From Azolla caroliniana (taxonomy: Eukaryota; Plantae; Polypodiophyta): DNA of 26,946 nt. Below the pieces are notes generated by a model. That model saw nothing but the letters and a program-made list of their open reading frames with translations, ran no database searches and was not told where the DNA came from. Position numbers and translations under genes: made by a program. Shown in pieces: positions 21,401 through 26,946 of the stretch; positions within the stretch are counted from its first letter, which is position 1; the number at the start of each line of letters is the position of its first letter. Where the stretch lies: the NCBI GenBank assembly GCA_043228905.1, contig JBHGNT010000418.1, positions 1 through 26,946 on the forward strand. Reading direction: 5' to 3'.

Positions 21401-21996
21401 ATCGTTTGGAGCAGTTACGCAAGATACAAGCGGATTTATCTACTCATCTCCAACAAGCTCAACAAACACACAAGGTCTACGCGGATCGTCATCGACTTCC
21501 ATCCAGTTTTAATATTGGAGATCGGGTGTGGCTGCTACGACGACACATCAAGACTACTCGTCCATGTGAGAAGTTAGATTATCGGTGATTAGGTCCTTTC
21601 CGTATTATTGGACAGATTAATGATGTCGCTTTTCGTCTCGATCTACCTCCTCAACTTCGGATACATCCGGTGTTTCATAGTTCTCTCCTCGAACCCTACC
21701 ACGAGAGCACCATCCCAGGACGTCTTATCCAACCTCCACCCCCGATCGAGCTTGAAGATGGGCTGGAGTACGAGGTTGCCGTCATCCTTGATTCCAAGAT
21801 TGTTCGCAACAAGCTCTACTATCTAGTCGATTGGCTAGGCTATAGCCCCATCGAACGTACTTGGGAACCGATCGAGAATGTGACCAATGCTCGTGCTCTT
21901 CTTGAAGACTTCCATCGTCAATATCCACACAAACTAGGTCCTCAATCCAAGATGACTCGTGACACTCGTCATTTTAAAGGGGGGATAGTGTCATAA
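18428..21996 (+). pseudogene. pol: Pol: protease, RT, RNase H, integrase, chromodomain; disrupted
   Basis: [59 protein letters not shown]. Stops at 20456, ~21109 and 21586, and a frameshifting deletion near 20953. Confidence 0.95.
21976..21988 (+). other. Polypurine tract
   Basis: AAAGGGGGGATAG before the 3' LTR. Confidence 0.9.
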
Positions 21997-22425
21997 TATG
22001 GCAAGACTCGAACCCATGACCTTAGGTTATATGGGTCGAGCTCTTGACCATTAGATCATCTATTGTAATACGTAGGATATTATTTTCATTTACATTTTAT
22101 TACAGGAAATTAGTGTATATTCCAGATTTCTCTGGAACATTCTAGAAGCTTCAAGATTACTCCTGAAAACACTATAAAAGAGGGCACTAGGCATTATATT
22201 GAACCAAATTGGTTCAACGCCAGTCTTAAGCCTTTTTAGCCACCATTGTATATTCTCTTCATATAATACATATCTTTCTTATCATCACACTCTCTCTCTC
22301 CCGATCTCTCTCTTTCTCTCCGTCTCGCTCACTTCTTCCTTCTCTCGAAGAAGTTCCACACCTCTCATAGTACTAATCCTTCGTTTAGTACTAATTCCTT
22401 CTCTGTCTCAGTACTGTTCCTGACA
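21989..22425 (+). repeat. 3' LTR
   Basis: Near-identical to 16771-17207. Confidence 0.97.
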
Positions 22426-22705
22426 GGTGCTAGCGCACTCATTACAAGAGTTGACCCACCACAATGTCAGAGTCTCGACGTAGTTGATTCCGTCTCAAAT
22501 GAAGGTAGCTAGGCCTCATATTCATAGCCAGACCTAAGGCCCCCAAGCAAGTTCACACTTGGCCTAATTGGTTGTCTCAATCCTGAGGATTAAAAGCAAT
22601 CCTTCCCTTCTTTACACTCTCGTTTAACCCTCACACTTTATCCACGTGTATAGAATACTACGGTAAATTCTCACCGCGGGATATTATATGGTCATGCCCG
22701 TAACA

Positions 22706-23320
22706 TCCACTACTCGTCGGCTCATCATCCGACTAGTTACATTTCGACTCAGTGGCTCATTCAACCCGTTCAACCGAAATGAGATCAGAATCTTGTCTAA
22801 AGTACCGAACTCTTCTTCGTCTTACTCTGCCTAGATTATGTCAGGCTCAGTGGCCTCATCCTCAAGAGTCAGATGGTCGGAGTTATCAGACTCGGAGTCG
22901 GTAAGCAGTACCATGATGCCAACTCATCGAAATCAACATCTTGGCTCACTCGAACTTTTTTTGTCCGGCGGTTCTAACACTTATACCCCTTCTATTCATG
23001 TGAGTAATTGACCAGTATGCATTTCTCCGACTTTGGCTCCAACTTCCTCCTCTTCTCATCGAGCACATGCACATAGGCAATGTTGTCGAATATACTCAGG
23101 TGTCGTAAATTCGGCTGCTGACACCTTCTAACCAATCCGATTTTGGATGTAGACGGTCGTCCGAACTGCATCGGCCCAGTAGAACTTGGGATGCTCTTCT
23201 CCTCCAACATTGCCCATGTCGCTTCTACAACCGATTGATTTTTCCTCTCGGCTACGCTGTTTTGCTTCGGCATATATCTGTAGGTAAATTCTCTCCGAAT
23301 TCCCTTCTGATGCAAATGAT
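22706..23320 (-). pseudogene. Copia integrase fragment
   Basis: PKQNSVAERKNQSVVEA, FYWADAVRTTVYIQNR, RRKLEPKSEKCILV. Confidence 0.85.
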
Positions 23321-23583
23321 TGTTGAATTGAAGCTACTAGAATACACACAGAGAGCGGTAGAGGCAGAGAGAGTGGCAGAGGTAGAGAGAGAAGAACAAT
23401 AAACCTTCTTTCAAAAATATCACTCTTTGTACATACAATGTGCTTAGTGAGCTTCATGTCAAACGATGTTGCTAGTTAGGACTTCACACGACCGATTTCC
23501 TCTGGGTCGGCGCCGACGATGACTAAATCATCAACATAAAGTAAAAGACTTATCGGCCCATTGCGACCTTGTCGGATGAAAAG
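23321..23583 (-). mobile_element. Copia RT fragment fused to the 3' part of an LTR
   Basis: LFIRQGRNGPISLLLYVDDLVIVGAD..IGRVKS (23452-23583) closely matches 7750-7880; a CT-rich segment ends TTCAACA at 23321. Confidence 0.7.
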
Positions 23584-24725
23584 TGTGTTTACTCTGGGTA
23601 GGACATAGCCACAAACACAGGGGGTGTCCATTCCGAACACTTCACCAAAGGTTGGTTAAGGGAATGATGTTATCCAGCACGGATTCGATTCCAATCCAGG
23701 TATTCTGCGGATACTCTCCGGATGATTAATCACAACCGATTAATGAAAACACGTTGTCGTGTGGTTTTTCACACACAATATGAAAACTAGTATAATAATT
23801 ATTTAAGATTAGCTGAATGTATTCATATAGATAGGTGTCTTCAAGAGTTTCATAGCGTATTTTACTACGCATGAAACGGATAAACAAGTATCAAGCTATG
23901 TGAGTGTGAAGTTTGAAGAAGAAGAAAGAAAAGACAAAACTGTGAGATATCCCACATAGATAGGACAACATTGGAACCCATGATATGTAAGGGAAACCAA
24001 AACATATTCATTTTATCAATGTGTGGAACACAGAATGTTCAAGGTGACTTGGGCTACATTGTGTGGTGTGCACGCTTTGGGCATATGCGCGTATGCACGA
24101 CCATGATTACGCTTCGGGCATATGCGCGTATGTGCGTATGCACGGTCGTGTTAACGCTTCGGGCGTATGCACGTATGTGAATGTGCATGGCCACGTGGAC
24201 GTCTTCGGATGTACGTGCATGTGCAAGTTTCGGGCATATGCATGCACAGTCGCGTGGACGTTTCGGACGAGCACGCGGATGCGTACATGGTGCGGTCAGG
24301 ACGCGCGCAAGCGTGGATGCGTACATTGCAGCGCAGTCGGGACTTTTGCGTGCGGACGCGTCTACGGTTTGGTTGCGACACACGTACGGATTGCGCACGG
24401 GCTAAACTTTATGGATGATTGGGTCATTTGGATGCGCGCGAATGCGTACACGGTGCGGTCAGGACGCGCGCAAGCGTGGATGCGTACATTGCAGCGCGGT
24501 TGAGACTTTTGCGTGCGAACGCTTCTACGGTTTGGTTGCGACACACGTACGGATTGTGCACGGGCTAAACTTTATGGATGATTGGGTCATTTGGATGCAT
24601 ACATTACAGCGCGGTCGGGACTTTTGCGTGCGGACGCGTCTACGGTTTGGTTGCGACACACGTACGGATTGCACATGGGCTAAACTTTATGGATGATTGG
24701 GTCATTTGGCCGAATTATACGGACA
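23584..24725. repeat. Probable ~1.1-kb LTR-like segment containing tandem arrays
   Basis: TGT...ACA-bounded non-coding block between two unrelated pol fragments; no TSD. Confidence 0.4.
24279..24709. repeat. Tandem array: a 115-bp core in three copies (periods 163 and 115 bp)
   Basis: GCTAAACTTTATGGATGATTGGGTCATTTGG starts at 24401, 24564 and 24679. Confidence 0.92.
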
Positions 24726-25717
24726 ATCGCATGCAACCAAAAGCCAAGTCATCCACCATAGGCCATATGGGTTGCTCCAACCACTTCCCATTCCCAACCG
24801 GCCTTGGGCATCAATTTCCATGGATTTCATCACTGACTTGCCTCTTGTCCACGGATATGACACGATGCTCGTCATGGTAGATTGTTTTACAAAGATGGCT
24901 CATTTTGCCCCTTGCGCAAAGACTATTTCAGCAGAAGCAACAACCGATCTATTTTTAAAGAATGTGGTGCAGCTTCATGGGTCCCCGGATGATGTCACCT
25001 CAGATCACGGACCCCAATTTTTCTCTCGTTTTTGGTAGCAGCTCCTTCAAACATTGGGCACAATAGTGAATTTGTCTTCGTCCTATCATCCTCAAACCGA
25101 TGGACAAACAGAGTGGGTGAACCAAATTCTTGAGCAATACCTTCGATGCTCACTTATCTACCAACAAGATGATTGGGTTGACCTCCTACCCTTGGCAGAG
25201 TGCACATATAATAATACGTTACATGGTTCAACTGGGGTCACCCCATTTTTCGCCAACTATGGTTTCCATCCTCGCTTCAGTATTTCCATCCCTGGCAACT
25301 CTGTCAACCCGTCAGTGAAAGGACGTGCTCTTATTTTAGCCGACATTCATCAAGACCTCTCCCTCGTACTCATCCTTGCAAGGGACCGGTATAAAGTGCA
25401 AGTTGATTGACATCATTCTGCTACACCCGCCTTTGCAGTTGGTGATCCAGTTTAGCTCTTACGTCGCCATGTCGATACTTACTTGACCTTGTGGAAAGTT
25501 GGATTACAAGAATTTGGGGCCTTTCCGCATCATTGAGTGTGTCCATCCCGTCACTTTCCGGTTGGAACTTCCTCCACATTTCCGGATTCATAATGTCTTC
25601 CATGCCTCTCTTCTCAAACCTTATCATCCATCCACTATTATTGGAAGACACTCTCCACCTCCACCTCCACCTCCAATTGAGCTTTCCACAAGTGAGGAGT
25701 ATGAGGTGGACAAGATT
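24726..25717 (+). pseudogene. Chromovirus integrase through the start of the chromodomain, degenerate
   Basis: [65 protein letters not shown]. Confidence 0.92.
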
Positions 25718-25785
25718 CTGAAGTTGTCGTCGATGCCAACGAGAATCCAAAATCTTGTCCACCTCATACTCCTCACCTGTGGAAA
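25683..25785. repeat. Inverted repeat, 35-bp arms with 1 mismatch and a 33-bp spacer
   Basis: 25683-25717 versus the reverse complement of 25751-25785. Confidence 0.92.
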
Positions 25786-25820
25786 TGGGGAGGCATCTTC
25801 GAAGATGAAGGTGAACAAAT

Positions 25821-26219
25821 TGTTAAGGACAAGTAGACGAGGCTCAATACTAAGAGAGTGAGAGAGAGATCATAGACAAGATAATAAGAAAGAGAGAGAG
25901 AAAGTAGTCAAGAGAACAAGAACTGAATTATGATTCCGTAACTGGTGTTGTTCACCTTGACTAAGGCCAAGGTGAACCCCTGTATTTACACATGTTTATG
26001 GGCTCCAAATGTAGCTCATTTTCATGCACAAGCTTCTAGAATGTTCTAGCTTTTGGAGCTTTCTAGAAGCTTCTAAAATCCTACATGTAGAATAGATAAT
26101 CTACAATAATCTAGTAAGGTAACATGATTATGTATTGGATGTATTGGTTAAAATATATCAATTAAATACAATAGGTGAAGATTTCGAATCATGACATGAT
26201 TGTTGTCATGTCCATGACA
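25821..26219 (-). repeat. 5' LTR of another Tcn1-like family, with self-priming site at 25808-25818
   Basis: TGTCATG...CTTAACA on the minus strand; HSE-like repeats, CT-rich U5, and 11-nt complementarity between 25808-25818 and 25948-25958. Confidence 0.75.
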
Positions 26220-26460
26220 ATATGAGCATTGAAGTACTTGTCAGTCCTTTTAAGGACTTGTATAAAAAGTGTTCTGTAGGACATTTGTATGTACAGAATG
26301 TTATTGTTTTGAATTGAGTTTAAGCTATTCTGCTCTCTCTATCTCTCCCGTGAACTGTGTATTCTAAGCTTCCATTAAACCTATGTTTATTCTCTATTGC
26401 TATCCGATGTAACCGGTTTTGTCAAAGCTTTCCGCATATTAATTTTCACATCCTTGAACA
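26220..26460 (+). repeat. Partial copia-type LTR resembling 10010-10280
   Basis: Shares ATGAGCATTGAAGTA followed by a TATAAAA..GTG segment with 10159-10220. The end point is uncertain. Confidence 0.45.
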
Positions 26461-26946
26461 TTGAGTGTTGATGCCCACTTTCAAATGTATTACGTGAAAA
26501 TGTTATATTTTGGTCTCACTAGTGATATTTGACCTTTGAGAACAATAATAAAATTTCTCTATCTCTATCTCTCTCTTTTATGGTGAAAACACATACATAT
26601 AATGATAAATGTCAGTGAAAAATACTACAATGCTACAACAACAAAGTGATGTTACCGTTATTGAGGTAATGGGACATGTTGAATCGCTAATAGACAAGAT
26701 GAACACTCCACAGAGGAAAGAATTCTGACTTGCTCTAATAAATAAAAATGTCACTGTAGTACTCCCTTCAACTTTCATGGATATCCTATCATGCCTACCA
26801 TCAAATATAAAGTCATTACGCATATCCCAATTATAACACAATCTCCAAAATCTCAAAAAAAGGAAAATGATCTATATCTTTGATTTTGGGTTGATTTGTG
26901 AGAATTGTGCAAACACCCATTGTCTTGGCAACAAATAACACTGTGA

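Larger units (their letters stand above)
16771..22425 (+). mobile_element. Full-length Ty3/gypsy chromovirus, Tcn1-like (5655 bp), TSD GGTGC
   Basis: Two 437-bp LTRs with about 8 differences by eye; GGTGC at 16766-16770 and 22426-22430; gag, then PR-RT-RH-IN-chromodomain. Confidence 0.97.
16684..22705. repeat. Possible ~360-bp LTR (16684-16770 plus 22426-22705) split by the chromovirus insertion
   Basis: TGTTAT...GTAACA ends bracket non-coding DNA; no TSD found. Confidence 0.35.

Noticed and set aside
20456-21588. Programmed read-through at the pol stops
   Set aside because: TGA, TAG and TGA fit CGA or TGG transitions, and a frameshifting deletion is also present, so this is ordinary decay.
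23971-24696. Cluster of overlapping ORFs on both strands
   Set aside because: A product of stop-poor GC-rich tandem repeats; no recognisable domain.
24279-24709. CRISPR-like array
   Set aside because: Whole units repeat with no unique spacers, there are no cas genes, and the context is eukaryotic retroelements.
26461-26946. Possible host gene or exon (92-aa minus ORF; broken plus frame from about 26609)
   Set aside because: No recognisable motif, an in-frame stop in the plus frame and AT-rich sequence; left unassigned.

Overview
This is eukaryotic, gene-free DNA made almost entirely of nested LTR retrotransposons. The lineage mix (Tcn1-like chromoviruses, gypsy-type LTRs with 4-bp TSDs, several copia families) suggests a non-seed land plant; that assignment is inference. 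Left half, outermost to innermost: a minus-strand copia (10281-~15363) is interrupted by a plus-strand copia (RT/RNase H plus 3' LTR, 7626-10280). That is interrupted by a Tnt1/Tork-like copia (1-7625, minus), which carries a 3.5-kb gag-only LTR element (452-3985) and a solo LTR (5405-6261). Right half: a full-length but mutated Tcn1-like chromovirus (16771-22425), more solo LTRs and rearranged fragments. No host gene, RNA gene or CRISPR array is supported. The main unexplained signals are: (1) an antisense tRNA-like A-box/B-box module with 43-44 nt spacing near the U3 end of LTRs from two different gypsy groups; (2) a pol-less element with a tRNA-Trp PBS, one open 672-aa ORF and two very different LTRs inside one perfect TSD; (3) CpG-centred 4-bp target sites for all three insertions of that LTR group; (4) co-varying Tf1-type self-priming sites with an extra U3 hairpin arm; (5) heat-shock elements in the chromovirus LTRs; (6) a clear -1 frameshift signal. 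All alignments were done by eye and no database searches were run.
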